A stretch of 64,000 bases of DNA from Alphaproteobacteria bacterium (GCA_963665325.3 OZ224045.1:1312001-1376000); one strand, 5' to 3'; shown: positions 18,801-28,159, counted from the stretch's first letter. Made by a program: numbers and translations. Notes: a model not told the origin generated them from the sequence alone.

Positions 18801-21800
18801 GGTGCAGCCCGGTCGGACCCGGAGACCCCGCCGGCCTCCAGTGCTTGTCGGTCTCCGAGACGCAGCGCACGTCGTCGAGCCAGATCTTCAGCGTTTGCGC
18901 GGCCTTGCCGGCGTTGGAGACCATCGCGCCGGTCTCGAATCCCGCCCACCGGCAGGCCAGATGCGCCGCCTGGTTGGGCACCTTCGTGCTTTCGGGGGTG
19001 CCGGGGTCGTCGAAGTCGCGGTCGAAGCGGTCGTCGCACACCGAGCCCCATCTGCCTCTGAAGAACACCTCCAGCCGGCCCTCGGCGTCGCCGTCCGCGG
19101 GGTCGTAGGCGTTGCCATTCCCGTCGGTCAGCTGGGTGTCGCCCTTGTCCGCCTCCGTGGTCCGGTTGGTCACGGGCCAGTTCGCAAACGTCGCCACCTC
19201 CTTGCCGGACCCGTCCTCGAGCCGGTTGTCGTCGTCCGTCCCGGGCACCGTGTAGCCCACTGTCACCGTGTCGCCGGGCGCCACCGCCGAGGCCAGCGTC
19301 AGCGTCACCCTGGCGCCGTCGATCGACGGGGCGCCGCTCAGCGTCACCGTCGCCTCCGTGCCGCTGCCGGACGGCGTCACCTTCACCGTGAAGGCGCCGC
19401 TGGCGAGTTTGGACGCCGCCGCCAGCGGCTCGTCGAAGGTGATCACAAGCTCGTCGCCGTCGACCTTGGCGGAACTCACCGCCGGGGCGGTGGTGTCGGA
19501 CCGGGTCACCGTCACCGTGTAGGTCTTCATCGTCGTGCCGTCCTCGGCCGTCACCTTCACCTTGATGGTGTTCTCGCCCACCTCGAGCGCCACCTGCTGG
19601 CCCGTGGCCACGGTGTCGTCGTCGGGGATGTCCACGTCACCGGCGTCGAGGTAGTCCGCGCTCGCGCCGCTGTCGGAGAAGGTCGGCGCCACGGTGATCT
19701 GCGAGACTCCGTTCGCCACCGTCGCGGTGTAATTCTCGGTATTCGACGCGAACGCCGGCGTGAGGTCGACCGAGGCGGTGCCCGCGGTCAGGACGAGGGC
19801 GCTCAGGGTGGCGTCGTCGGACACGCCGGTGTTGTTGGTCACCGGATAGTCGGTCTCCGCAGACGCGTCGAGGCCCGATAGGTCCTGCAGCGGGCTGGAC
19901 GTCGGCACCGCGTAGCTCACCTTCACCGTGTCCGAGGCGACCACCGCCGCCGTCAGCGTCAGCGTCACCTTCGCGCCGCTGATCGTCGGCGAGCCGCTCA
20001 GCGACACCGTAGCCTCGGTGCCGCCGGACGGGGTCTTCTTCACCGTGAACTGGGCCAACGCCGGGACCGAGCCCGTGTCCAGGTTCTCGTGGTAGGTCAG
20101 CACCAGCGAGGTGGCGTCCACCGTCGCCCCGGTCAGGACCGGCGGCAGGTTCGCGCTCACCGTCACCTTCTGGCCGTCAAACCAGGCCAGGTCCGCGGGA
20201 CGGGACCATTGGTACGTATCGTCGTTGGTGGACTCGGAATCCGCATCAGCCGCGAACGTCGTCCCGCCGAAGTTGAACGTCGTGCCGCGCGGCACGCGGC
20301 CGGTCTCGAAGCTGATCACCACAAGTTCGGCCTGCAAGACCGACGTCGACTCGTTCAGCCGAAGCCGATCGACGACATAGGTCGTCCCCCCATGTGGAAG
20401 GGTCTTGTTGGCAAGCGTTCCTTTGTCCCCCTCCTCGAATCCGTAATAGACCGCAACTCCCTGATTATCCGCCTCCACCGTCATCGTGGTGCACCAGTTG
20501 GCGCCGGCGGCCTCGCGGACGGAGCAGGCCTCCGGCGCGGCGATCACCTCAATGTCGAAGGTGTCGCTCACCGTGGCGTTCGTCGCGCCCGAACCGTCGT
20601 CCGCCGTCACCTTCACCGAGACCGTCCCGACGTCCGTGTCCGCAGGCGTGCCCGAGAAAGTCCGCGTCCCGGCGTCGAAGGAGAGCCAGGTCGGCAGCGT
20701 CGTGTCGTCGTCCTGCGCCGCCGTGTAGGTCAGCGCGTCGCCAGTGTCCGTGTCGTCGAAGGTGTCATCATCAAACGTGAAGCTGAACGCCGTTCCCGCC
20801 TGGGCCGACTGGTCCGGGATCGCATTCGCGACCGTCGGGGCGGTGTTGGTCGCGCCGGTGTTGTTGGTCACCGGATAGTCGGTCTCCGCAGACGCGTCGA
20901 GGCCCGATAGGTCCTGCAGCGGGCTGGACGCCGGCACCGCGTAGCTCACCTTCACCGCGTCATCGGTGGCGACCACCGCCTCGTCCAGCGTCAGCGTCAC
21001 CTTGGTGCCGCTGATCGTCGGCGAGCCGCTCAGATCCACGTCCTCCTCGCTGCCGCCCGACGGGGTCTTCTTCACCGTGAACTGGGCCAACGCCGGCACC
21101 GAGTTCGTGTCCAGGTTCTCCGCATAGGTCAGGACCAGGGAGGCGCCGTCCACCGTCGCGGAGACCAGCGTCGGCGGCAGGTTCGCGCTCGCCGTCACCT
21201 TCTGGCCGACGAACCAGGCGAAGCCCGATGGCAGGTTCCAGGCGTACGTACCGTTCGTCCCATCCGCGGTGAACAGGCTTCCGCCGAGATTGAACACGGT
21301 GCCCGGGTGGATGAAGGCGTTCAGCTTCACCGACATCACAGTATCGGTATGTTGGATGTGCGTGATGGACCAAGTCCTACCGCCGTATTCGATATCCCGG
21401 TCGTCCGCGTCCATCGATCCGTAGGCATTGGGCCCTTTCCACCCGTAGAGGGCGGAATTGGCGTCCGTCCCCACCGTCAGCGTCGTGCACCAGTTGGCGC
21501 CGGCGGCCTCGCGGACGGAACACGCCTCCGGCCCGGCGATCACCACGATGTCGAAGGTGTCGCTCACCGAGTCGGTGCCGTCGCTGGCCGTCACCTTCAC
21601 CGAGACCGTCCCGACGTCCGTGGCCGCGGGCGTGCCCGTGAAGGTCCGCGTCGTGGCATTGAAGGAAAGCCAGGTCGGCAGATTACTGTCGTCGTCCTGC
21701 GCCGCCGTGTATTCCAGCGTGTCGCCGGCGTCGGCGTCGTCGAAGGTGTCCGCCGGGAACTGGTAGCTGAACGCCGTCCCCGCCTGAGCCGCCTGGTCGG

Positions 21801-24800
21801 GGATCTCATTCTCGACCGTCGGGGCGTTGTTGGTCGCGCCGGTGTTGTTGGTCACCGTATGGTCGGTCGAGCCGAAGCCGGCTGCGGCGATCCCGGACAC
21901 GTCCTGCACCGGGTTCGTCGCGGGCACCGTGTAGCTCACCGTCACCGCCTGGCCGCTGCTCACCGCCGACGCCAGCGTCAGCGTCACCTTGTCGGCGGCG
22001 ATGCCCACGTTCGACGGATTCGCCGCCGCGCCGCTGTCCACCGATACCGAATACGCGCCCACCCCCGGGACCGAGCTCGTGTCCAGGTTCTCCACATAGG
22101 TCAGCACCAGCGAGGCGCCGTCCACCGTCGCCCCGGTCACCTCGGGCGGCAGGTTCGCGCTCACCGTCACCTTCTGGCCGACAATCCAGGCAAGGCCCGC
22201 GGGAAGGTCCCACCGGTACCTGGTGTTGTCGCTGTGTTCGGACGCCGCGTTCGCCGTGAACGACTCCCCGCCGAAGTCGAACGCCGTGTCGTGCGGCACC
22301 CGCCCGGTCTGGAAATCGACGATCACTCCATCGGTGCCGCTGTTGGCGTCCCAGATCCAGACACCGCGCACCTCCCACGTTCGGCCATGGTCGATGGTGC
22401 CTTCGACGAGCCCGCCGTAGTCGTTGTGCGCGAAACCGTAGGCCGTGCCGGAGCCCCCGGCGCTCTCCCCCACCGTCATCGTCGTGCACCAGTTGGCGCC
22501 GGCGGCCTCGCGGACGGAACACGCCTCCGGCGCGGCGATCACCTCGATGTCGAAGGTATCGCTCACCGTGGCGTTCGTCACGCCCGAACCGTCGTCCGCC
22601 GTCACCTTGACGGAAATCGTCCCCACGTGCGTGTCCGCAGGCGTGCCCGAGAAGGTCCGGGTCCCGGGGGTGAACGTCAGCCAGGTCGGCAGCGTCGAGT
22701 CGCCGTCCTCCACCGCCGTGTAGGTCAGCGTGTCGCCGGCGTCGGCGTCGTCGAAGGTGTCATCATCAAACGTGAAGCTGAACGCCGTTCCCGCCTGGGC
22801 CGTTTGGTCCGGGATCTCATTCTCGACCGTCGGGGCGGTGTTGGTGACGGGCCTCGACAGCGCCAACCCCACGGAGCCCGCCGTGGCCCAGTCGAGAGTG
22901 GTGTTGGACCAAGTGTAGCTGTTGATGTGGCCGAGAGACACGGAATGAGACGCAGCGCTCGCGTCGAAGGTGGTATTGCAGACATGCAATCTCAGAGCCG
23001 CCCGGTCGCCTGCGGGCAACTCGCTCTCCAGAACAAAGGCGAGGTTCGTGGGCGTTGAGTAGATTAAATTGTCACCTCCAAGGGTGATGCCAATGATTGT
23101 GTGATCGTCTCCTCCCAAATTGACTGTATTGTCGGAAAGATCGCCAAGATTTTCATTGAATCCGAAAAAACCAACAGTTGAACCAAACAAGAAAGACGTT
23201 CCCACCGTCAGGGTGCCCGACCAGACCTCGACGCGGTCGTCGCCCAGGCTGTCGATAGTGCACACCGACTTCACCGCGATGTCGAAGGTGTCGCTCACCG
23301 TGGCGTTCGTCTCGCCCGAGCCGTCGTTCGCCGTCACCTTCACCGAGACCGTCCCCACGTCCGTATCCGCGGGCGTGCCCGAGAAAGTCCGGGTCGAGGC
23401 ATTGAAGGAAAGCCAGGTCGGCAGCGTCGTGTCGTCGTCCTGCGCCGCCGTGTAGGTCAGCGTGTCGGCGGTGTCGGCGTCGTCGAAGGTGTCCGCCGGG
23501 AACTGGTAGCTGAACGCCGTCCCCGCCTGGACCGCCTGGTCGGGGATCTCGTTCTCGACCGTCGGGGCGTTGTTGGTGGGCGTGGGCGTGATGGTGGTGC
23601 CGACCGGACAGATCTGCGTCGCGGTGCGCAGGCACACGGGCACCATTGCGCCGATCGCGAGCGTGGTCGCGAACTGGCTGCTGCTGAGCGACGGCGCGTT
23701 GGCGAGCAGCCACGTGTCGGTCCAGGCAACGTCCGTATTGCCGCGACCGCTGGAACCGCTGAAGGGCAGCCTCTCGCCCGCCACCTCCAGAACGAGGCCG
23801 TCCGCGTGCGACCCATCGAAGTCCAAGCCGTTGTGGAGTGCTGCAAAATAGAACGTCCCAGTCCCCACAGCCTTGGATAGCGAGCTCACGGCCGCGTGCA
23901 CGCTGTTATAGGTAAGCGCGCTGTCGGCGAGGGCTCCTTTTGTGCCACCGGAGTTATAGCCCCGCCCCCCATCGGTGATCTCCCCCACCGTCATGGTCGT
24001 GGACCAGAGGGGAGTGGTGTCGGCGCTCACCACGATGTCGAAGGTGTCGCTCGCCGTCAGGCCGCCCGGATCGGTGGCCGTCACCTTCACCGAGATCCGC
24101 CCGACGTCCGTGTCCGCAGGCGTGCCCGAGAAGGTCCGCGTCGTGCCGTCGAGGGAAAGCCATGCCGGCAACGCCGTGATGCCGTCGGCCAGCGTCGCCG
24201 TGTAGGTCAGCGTGTCGCTGTTGGCGTCGCTGAAGGTGTCCGCCGGGAACGTGTAGCTGAATGCGGTGCTCGGCGTCGCCGTCTGGTCGGGGATCGGATT
24301 GTCGAGCGTCGGGGCGGAAAGATCCGGACAGGTCTGCGCCGCGGTGCGCAGGCAGACGGCCATCTTGTTGCCGACCGCGAGCGTGGTCTGGTACTGGCTG
24401 CTGCTGAGCGACGGCGCGTTGGCGAGCAGCCACGTGTCGGTCCATCGAACGGTAGTAGATGTGCGATTGTCGGCACCGCTGAAGAGCAGCTCCTCGCCCG
24501 CCACCTCCAGAACGAGGCCGTCCGCATGCGACTGACCGAAGTTCGCTTCGCCGTGGATAACACCAAATTCGAAGGGATCAGCCCCCGACTCTTTGACCAA
24601 GACGCCCACTCTCGTGTCAGTGCTGTTATAGGTTAACTCTGCGTCGCCCATAGTTCCATTTGACCAAGAGGCGTTGAACCCTCGGGCCGCATTGCTGGTT
24701 TCCCCCACCGTCATGGTCGTGGACCAGATGGGGTCGGTGCCCTGCGCCTGGGCCGGCGAGGCGAACGTGCCCGCGAGCGCCAGGGCGAGGCAGGCCCACA

Positions 24801-25155
24801 GCAGGCCGGCCGCCGGGGCGAGGCGCAACCGGCGCGGCAGGCGCCCGGCGAGCGACGAGGCGGGGGCGGCAAGCCCCGCTAGGGAGCGGGGGCGGAAGCT
24901 CAGGCGGCGGGACGGGCGCTCCCGCCGGGCGCTCTCGGCGCGGCCCATGGCGTCAGCCGCGCCGCGCTGAAGTTGAACGAATCGCAGTGAACCGCCCGGA
25001 CGCCGGACGCAGCTCGGCTCTCGGCTCTCGGCTCTCGGCTCTCGGCTCTCGGCTCTCGGCTCTCGGCTCTCGGCTCTCGGCTCTCGGCTCTCGGCTCTCG
25101 GCTCTCGGCTCTTACTTACCGGGCCTGCAACATCCCCCTTCTCGCAGAGAAACAT
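15835..25155 (-). CDS. Giant autotransporter adhesin (about 3,100 aa): 5 CADG/He_PIG Ig domains, 4 SwmB-like domains, cadherin-like sandwich, SRCR, Calx-beta, C-terminal beta-barrel
   Basis: Repeated APTVENEIPDQ...LPTWLSF..TRTFSGTP; LVLTY.ENLD...VTVSY; TVDYATENGTATAGEDY; barrel ending in LTARF; signal-like LLWACLALALAGTFASPAQA; alternative in-frame ATG at 24948. Confidence 0.9.
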   Translation of the reverse strand: MFLCEKGDVAGPVSKSREPRAESREPRAESREPRAESREPRAESREPSCVRRPGGSLRFVQLQRGAADAMGRAESARRERPSRRLSFRPRSLAGLAAPASSLAGRLPRRLRLAPAAGLLWACLALALAGTFASPAQAQGTDPIWSTTMTVGETSNAARGFNASWSNGTMGDAELTYNSTDTRVGVLVKESGADPFEFGVIHGEANFGQSHADGLVLEVAGEELLFSGADNRTSTTVRWTDTWLLANAPSLSSSQYQTTLAVGNKMAVCLRTAAQTCPDLSAPTLDNPIPDQTATPSTAFSYTFPADTFSDANSDTLTYTATLADGITALPAWLSLDGTTRTFSGTPADTDVGRISVKVTATDPGGLTASDTFDIVVSADTTPLWSTTMTVGEITDGGRGYNSGGTKGALADSALTYNSVHAAVSSLSKAVGTGTFYFAALHNGLDFDGSHADGLVLEVAGERLPFSGSSGRGNTDVAWTDTWLLANAPSLSSSQFATTLAIGAMVPVCLRTATQICPVGTTITPTPTNNAPTVENEIPDQAVQAGTAFSYQFPADTFDDADTADTLTYTAAQDDDTTLPTWLSFNASTRTFSGTPADTDVGTVSVKVTANDGSGETNATVSDTFDIAVKSVCTIDSLGDDRVEVWSGTLTVGTSFLFGSTVGFFGFNENLGDLSDNTVNLGGDDHTIIGITLGGDNLIYSTPTNLAFVLESELPAGDRAALRLHVCNTTFDASAASHSVSLGHINSYTWSNTTLDWATAGSVGLALSRPVTNTAPTVENEIPDQTAQAGTAFSFTFDDDTFDDADAGDTLTYTAVEDGDSTLPTWLTFTPGTRTFSGTPADTHVGTISVKVTADDGSGVTNATVSDTFDIEVIAAPEACSVREAAGANWCTTMTVGESAGGSGTAYGFAHNDYGGLVEGTIDHGRTWEVRGVWIWDANSGTDGVIVDFQTGRVPHDTAFDFGGESFTANAASEHSDNTRYRWDLPAGLAWIVGQKVTVSANLPPEVTGATVDGASLVLTYVENLDTSSVPGVGAYSVSVDSGAAANPSNVGIAADKVTLTLASAVSSGQAVTVSYTVPATNPVQDVSGIAAAGFGSTDHTVTNNTGATNNAPTVENEIPDQAAQAGTAFSYQFPADTFDDADAGDTLEYTAAQDDDSNLPTWLSFNATTRTFTGTPAATDVGTVSVKVTASDGTDSVSDTFDIVVIAGPEACSVREAAGANWCTTLTVGTDANSALYGWKGPNAYGSMDADDRDIEYGGRTWSITHIQHTDTVMSVKLNAFIHPGTVFNLGGSLFTADGTNGTYAWNLPSGFAWFVGQKVTASANLPPTLVSATVDGASLVLTYAENLDTNSVPALAQFTVKKTPSGGSEEDVDLSGSPTISGTKVTLTLDEAVVATDDAVKVSYAVPASSPLQDLSGLDASAETDYPVTNNTGATNTAPTVANAIPDQSAQAGTAFSFTFDDDTFDDTDTGDALTYTAAQDDDTTLPTWLSFDAGTRTFSGTPADTDVGTVSVKVTADDGSGATNATVSDTFDIEVIAAPEACSVREAAGANWCTTMTVEADNQGVAVYYGFEEGDKGTLANKTLPHGGTTYVVDRLRLNESTSVLQAELVVISFETGRVPRGTTFNFGGTTFAADADSESTNDDTYQWSRPADLAWFDGQKVTVSANLPPVLTGATVDATSLVLTYHENLDTGSVPALAQFTVKKTPSGGTEATVSLSGSPTISGAKVTLTLTAAVVASDTVKVSYAVPTSSPLQDLSGLDASAETDYPVTNNTGVSDDATLSALVLTAGTASVDLTPAFASNTENYTATVANGVSQITVAPTFSDSGASADYLDAGDVDIPDDDTVATGQQVALEVGENTIKVKVTAEDGTTMKTYTVTVTRSDTTAPAVSSAKVDGDELVITFDEPLAAASKLASGAFTVKVTPSGSGTEATVTLSGAPSIDGARVTLTLASAVAPGDTVTVGYTVPGTDDDNRLEDGSGKEVATFANWPVTNRTTEADKGDTQLTDGNGNAYDPADGDAEGRLEVFFRGRWGSVCDDRFDRDFDDPGTPESTKVPNQAAHLACRWAGFETGAMVSNAGKAAQTLKIWLDDVRCVSETDKHWRPAGSPGPTGLHHCYNAGVGLHNCKPEEDVWLACTGTLQSATQEEEAAALTAAFEDVPGSHDGATPFTFRIVLSEAIANDADDVRDNVVKVTGGSVGSATSVNGQTDEWRITVDPDGAGDITLTVEAGGACGDPGVLCTAGGEGLSATVTATVEGEDAGPFTAAFEDGPGTHDGASAFNVFLRFSEAPANVKNFNIKAALQISGGTILRVRVVGGAANGDEAHRRVEIEPSGDADVRLSLFPTTDCTAENALCTSDGRKLESLIGFSVPGPASAPPPPAPITATFENVPKEHQGKTRLDLHVRFSEPPTGGRNAVAASLTMTRAAKWGVKPLDDTNKLYRSALRPHDFRPIAVTLNPTADCAAAGALCTAAGGKLETGISVTIPGPVAISVADATVEEAAGAVLAFAVTLDRTRHDTVTVDYATENGTATAGEDYTAASGTLTFAAGETAKTVEVAVLDDLHDEGNETLVLRLSNPSGARIADGEATGTIENTDLMPQAWLARFGRTVAEQVIDAVESRMRAPRTPGAEVSLAGRRIGLGPLFGADAALAKRARETGAEAEEGQRRLAAWLRGAAEEEERPGLETRTVTQRALLLGSSFSLTAAPGDGAPGAVSLWGRAAVSRFDGREDGLTLDGEVASGLLGADWARERSTLGLILSHSRGEGGYRGEAGAGTVSSTLTGLYPWGRHALSERVTVWGVAGYGAGTLTLTPEDDDGAPRAAIRTDMDLMMGAAGLRGTVVQAPAGGGPELAVKTDALAVRTSSEAVRGSKDDARNLAAAQGDVTRLRLGLEGTWRGLAIGTGTLEPRLEAGVRHDGGDAETGFGLDLGGGLAWSDPGTGIRAEVSGRGLLTHESAGFSQRGIAGSFGWDPAPGTDRGPSLSLTQTMGLSARGGADALLGRTTLEGLAANDEGNELDRRRLELRLGYGFGAFGDRFTSTPELGFGMSEGRRDYSLGWRFARDPRPGGIGSLELSFEARRQESANDNAEPEHSLGIRLTARF
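18735..19086 (-). other. SRCR (scavenger receptor cysteine-rich) domain within the adhesin
   Basis: EGRLEVFFRGRWGSVCDD...AHLACRWAG...IWLDDVRC...LHHC...HNCKPEEDVWLAC. Confidence 0.85.
25013..25110. repeat. Perfect heptamer microsatellite (CTCGGCT)14
   Basis: 98 bp, 14 units; translates as SREPRAE repeats in the adhesin N-terminal extension. Confidence 0.95.
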
Positions 25156-25451
25156 CCGTCCACCCCCAAAGCCAAACTTCCAATGCAAGCGGCACCGTTC
25201 CCTCGGAGGGCCCTACGAGGCGCTGCGCGACCGAGGTCAAGACCACGTTTCAGTGGAAGGATGGCAAAAACTTCATGGACACAATGTGAATAATCTCGTT
25301 TATTCAGTGTTACTTTCATGTAATCCATGCCGGAATGGCATGGACTAAGGCCCCGTTAGGCATTCGCCGGGGCAGCGGCGCGCGTCAGCGGCGGTCCGAT
25401 TCGCCCGGCGATTCGCATCGCAATCCAAGGGAACCGGACGGACGGGCCGGG
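25106..25451. repeat. Duplicated promoter/leader region, copy A
   Basis: Colinear similarity with 33834-34174, e.g. AACATCCGTCCACCCC, ATGGCAAAAA..CATGGAC, ATGCCGGAAT, CCGGACGGACGGGCCGGG. Confidence 0.85.
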
Positions 25452-25499
25452 GCCTGCCGGCCCGCCTGCGTTTCATCTTGTCGCCACTGATATCCGGCC

Positions 25500-25526
25500 A
25501 TTATTCACGCACCGTTCATGAATAAT
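25500..25526. promoter_or_regulatory. Inverted repeat, operator candidate upstream of murJ
   Basis: ATTATTCA-N11-TGAATAAT with perfect arms. Confidence 0.55.
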
Positions 25527-25554
25527 CTGGAAGACTGGCCACCGGCGTCCGGAC

Positions 25555-27156
25555 GTGTCGGGGCGCAGCGGCAGCGGAAGGGCCATTCGATTGAGCGAGG
25601 CGGACCGGAGACCCCGGCTGTTGCGCGCCGCCGCCACGGTCGGCGCGTTCACGGTGGGCGGCCAGGTGAGCGGCTATGCGCGCCACGTGGCGGTGGCGGC
25701 GGTGCTCGGCGCCGGCCCGCTGGCCGACGCCTTCTTCCTCGCCTTGCGTGTGCCGGGCCTGGTCTCGCGGCTGTTTGCCGGACGCGGTGTCGGTGCGGTG
25801 TTCATCCCGATGTTTACGCGCCGGCTCGCGCGGAGCGGTGCGATCCCGGCGCGCGCGTTTGCCGGCGAGGTGCTGTCGTTCACCGCGGCGGCGCTGGCGG
25901 TGCTGACTGCGGGGCTGGAGCTGGCGGCGCCGTGGCTCGTTCCCCTGCTCGCCCCGGGCTTCGCGGGTGAGGCCGGGCAGGCGGCGCTGACGGCGGGGCT
26001 GCTGCGGATCCTGCTTCCCTTCATGGTGTTCGCCGCGCTCGCGCAGCTTCTCGGCGGCATGCTGAACGGGCTGGGACGGTTCGCCGCCGCGGCCGCGATG
26101 CCCACGGTGTTCAACCTTGTCGTGATCGCGGCGCTGCTCGCGTTCGCGCGGGGGTCCGGGACCCCGGCCCACGTGCTGGCCTGGGCCATCGCCGCGGCCG
26201 GGGCGGCGCAGCTCGCGTTCCTGGCGCTTGCCTGCCGGCGCGCTGGCGTCTTCCCCGCTCCCGGACCCATGCTGCCGTCGCGGCGGGTGCGGCGGTTGAT
26301 GCGCCGCGCGGCGCCGGCGGTGGCCGGGGCCGGGGCCGCGCAGGCGATCCCGTTGACGGACCTCGCCCTGGCCACCCTGCTGCCGGCGGGCTCGGTGTCG
26401 TTCCTGTACTACGGCGAACGGGTGGCGCGGCTGCTGCCTTCGGTCGTCGGGGCCGCCGCGGCCACGGTCCTGCTGCCGCACCTGTCCAGGCGCGGCGGCA
26501 GGGGCGCCGCGGCGGGGCGCCATGACGCCAACCGCACGCTCGAGGCGGTCGTGCTGCTGGGCCTGCCCGGCGGCGTGGCGCTCGCGATCATCGCCGAGCC
26601 CCTGCTCGCGGCGCTGCTCCAGCGCGGGGCGTTCGGAGCCGACGCGGTGGCCGGGACGGCGGCGGCGCTCGCCGCCTATGCCGGCGCGGTGCCGGCGTGG
26701 ATGCTGTCACGCAGCCTCGCCGCCGTGTCCTTTGCCCGCGGCGACGCGGGCACGCCCATGCGCGCGGCACTTGCCGCCGCCGCGCTCAATCTCGTGCTGA
26801 GCCTGGCGCTGATGGCGCCGCTGGGCCATGTGGGGATCGCGCTGGGCACCACCGTTGCCGTGTGGGCGCAGACGGCTCTGCTCGCGCGCGCGCTCGTGCG
26901 CCGGGGCGCGCTCGCGCCGGACCGGCGCCTCTATCGCCGGGCCGGCGCCGCGGCGGTGGCCTCCACGGTCATGGCGGGCGCCCTGTGGTGCGTGCGCCTG
27001 TGGCTCGGCGAGAGCGCGGAGGCCGGCGAGCTCGAGCGCATTGCGCGGCTCGCGGCGCTGGTGGCGGCGGGCCTCGGCTGCTACGCGCTGGCGGCCCACG
27101 CCACGGGCGCGCTGCGCTGGCGGGAGCTGGCCGGGCGCCCCGGCGGGAAGAGCTAG
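25555..27156 (+). CDS. murJ: MurJ/MviN-family flippase
   Basis: LGAGPLADAFFLALRVP, FIPMF, LNGLGRFAAAAAMPTVFN, SVSFLYYGERVARL, FARGDAGTPM; start uncertain. Confidence 0.9.
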   Translation: MSGRSGSGRAIRLSEADRRPRLLRAAATVGAFTVGGQVSGYARHVAVAAVLGAGPLADAFFLALRVPGLVSRLFAGRGVGAVFIPMFTRRLARSGAIPARAFAGEVLSFTAAALAVLTAGLELAAPWLVPLLAPGFAGEAGQAALTAGLLRILLPFMVFAALAQLLGGMLNGLGRFAAAAAMPTVFNLVVIAALLAFARGSGTPAHVLAWAIAAAGAAQLAFLALACRRAGVFPAPGPMLPSRRVRRLMRRAAPAVAGAGAAQAIPLTDLALATLLPAGSVSFLYYGERVARLLPSVVGAAAATVLLPHLSRRGGRGAAAGRHDANRTLEAVVLLGLPGGVALAIIAEPLLAALLQRGAFGADAVAGTAAALAAYAGAVPAWMLSRSLAAVSFARGDAGTPMRAALAAAALNLVLSLALMAPLGHVGIALGTTVAVWAQTALLARALVRRGALAPDRRLYRRAGAAAVASTVMAGALWCVRLWLGESAEAGELERIARLAALVAAGLGCYALAAHATGALRWRELAGRPGGKS

Positions 27157-27157
27157 G

Positions 27158-28159
27158 GTGGCGGACCCGGCGGGCAGCGGGCGGCCGCGCGAGCCGGTGC
27201 TGGTGACCGGCGGCGCGGGCTATGTCGGCAGCCACATCGTGCTCGCCCTGCGCGACGCCGGGCATCCGGTCGTGGTGCTCGACGATCTGTCCACGGGCGA
27301 TCGCCGGGCGGTCCCTCCGGGAGTCCCCCTGGTCTGCGCCGACGCGGCCGACGACGGGACGGTCCACGCCACGATCGCGCGCCACGGCGTGGCCGCCGCC
27401 GTGCACGCGGCGGCCGACGCGGCCGACACCCCGGCGGCGGCGGCGCGCAACCGGGCCATGACCGGGGCGTTCGTCGGCGCCTGCGCCGCCGCCGGCGTGC
27501 GCCGGCTGGTGCTCACCTCGAGCGCCGCGGTCTACGGCGCCGGGCCGGCGGGCGCGATCCCCGAGTCCCGGTCCCCTGCTCCGGCCCGGCCCTATGGCGC
27601 GGGCAAGCTCGCCTGCGAGGCGGCGGTCAGGGAAGGCTTCGGCGTGGACGGATACGCCTATGCGATCCTGCGCTGCTTCAACGTGGCCGGCGCGGACGCC
27701 GCGGGCCGCGCCGGGCCGCGGGCTGGCGAATCGCTGGTGGCGGCCGCCTGCGAGGCGGCGCTCGGGCTGCGCGCGCCGCTCGCGGTGTTCGGCACGGACT
27801 ACCCGACCCCCGACGGCACCTGCATCCGCGACTACGTGCATGCGGAGGATGTCGCCGGGGCCCATGTCGCCGCCCTGGACGCGCTCGGGCGGGGGCTCGG
27901 TGCGGCGACGCTCAACTGCGGCACCGGCCGGGGCCACTCGGTGCGCGAGGTGCTGGCGGAGGTGGCCGCGCGCGCCGGGGCCGCCGCGGGCGGAGCCGCC
28001 GGCCCCCGCCGGCCCGGCGATGCGCCGGTCTCGATTGCCGCGATCGGGCGGATCGGCGAGACGCTCGGCTGGCTCCCGCGCCACGGGGACCTCGGCGCCA
28101 TCGTGCGCTCCGGCCTCGCCTGGACCCGGCGCCTTCGCCGCGGGGCCGCCGCCTCGTGA
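27158..28159 (+). CDS. galE: UDP-glucose 4-epimerase-like protein
   Basis: VLVTGGAGYVGSH, YGAGK, FNVAGAD, FGTDYPTPDGTCIRDYVH; the usual PESV..P..YY segment is degenerate. Confidence 0.8.
   Translation: MADPAGSGRPREPVLVTGGAGYVGSHIVLALRDAGHPVVVLDDLSTGDRRAVPPGVPLVCADAADDGTVHATIARHGVAAAVHAAADAADTPAAAARNRAMTGAFVGACAAAGVRRLVLTSSAAVYGAGPAGAIPESRSPAPARPYGAGKLACEAAVREGFGVDGYAYAILRCFNVAGADAAGRAGPRAGESLVAAACEAALGLRAPLAVFGTDYPTPDGTCIRDYVHAEDVAGAHVAALDALGRGLGAATLNCGTGRGHSVREVLAEVAARAGAAAGGAAGPRRPGDAPVSIAAIGRIGETLGWLPRHGDLGAIVRSGLAWTRRLRRGAAAS

Noticed and set aside
15613-19881. 1422-aa + strand ORF
   Set aside because: Antisense shadow of the GC-rich adhesin; Arg/Ala-rich with no motifs
19820-24725. Diversity-generating retroelement acting on the adhesin repeats
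   Set aside because: No reverse transcriptase in the window, and the differences are not adenine-specific template/variable pairs
25013-25110. Heptamer run as a CRISPR array or iteron set
   Set aside because: No spacers, unit too short, no cas or rep gene; it is a simple microsatellite
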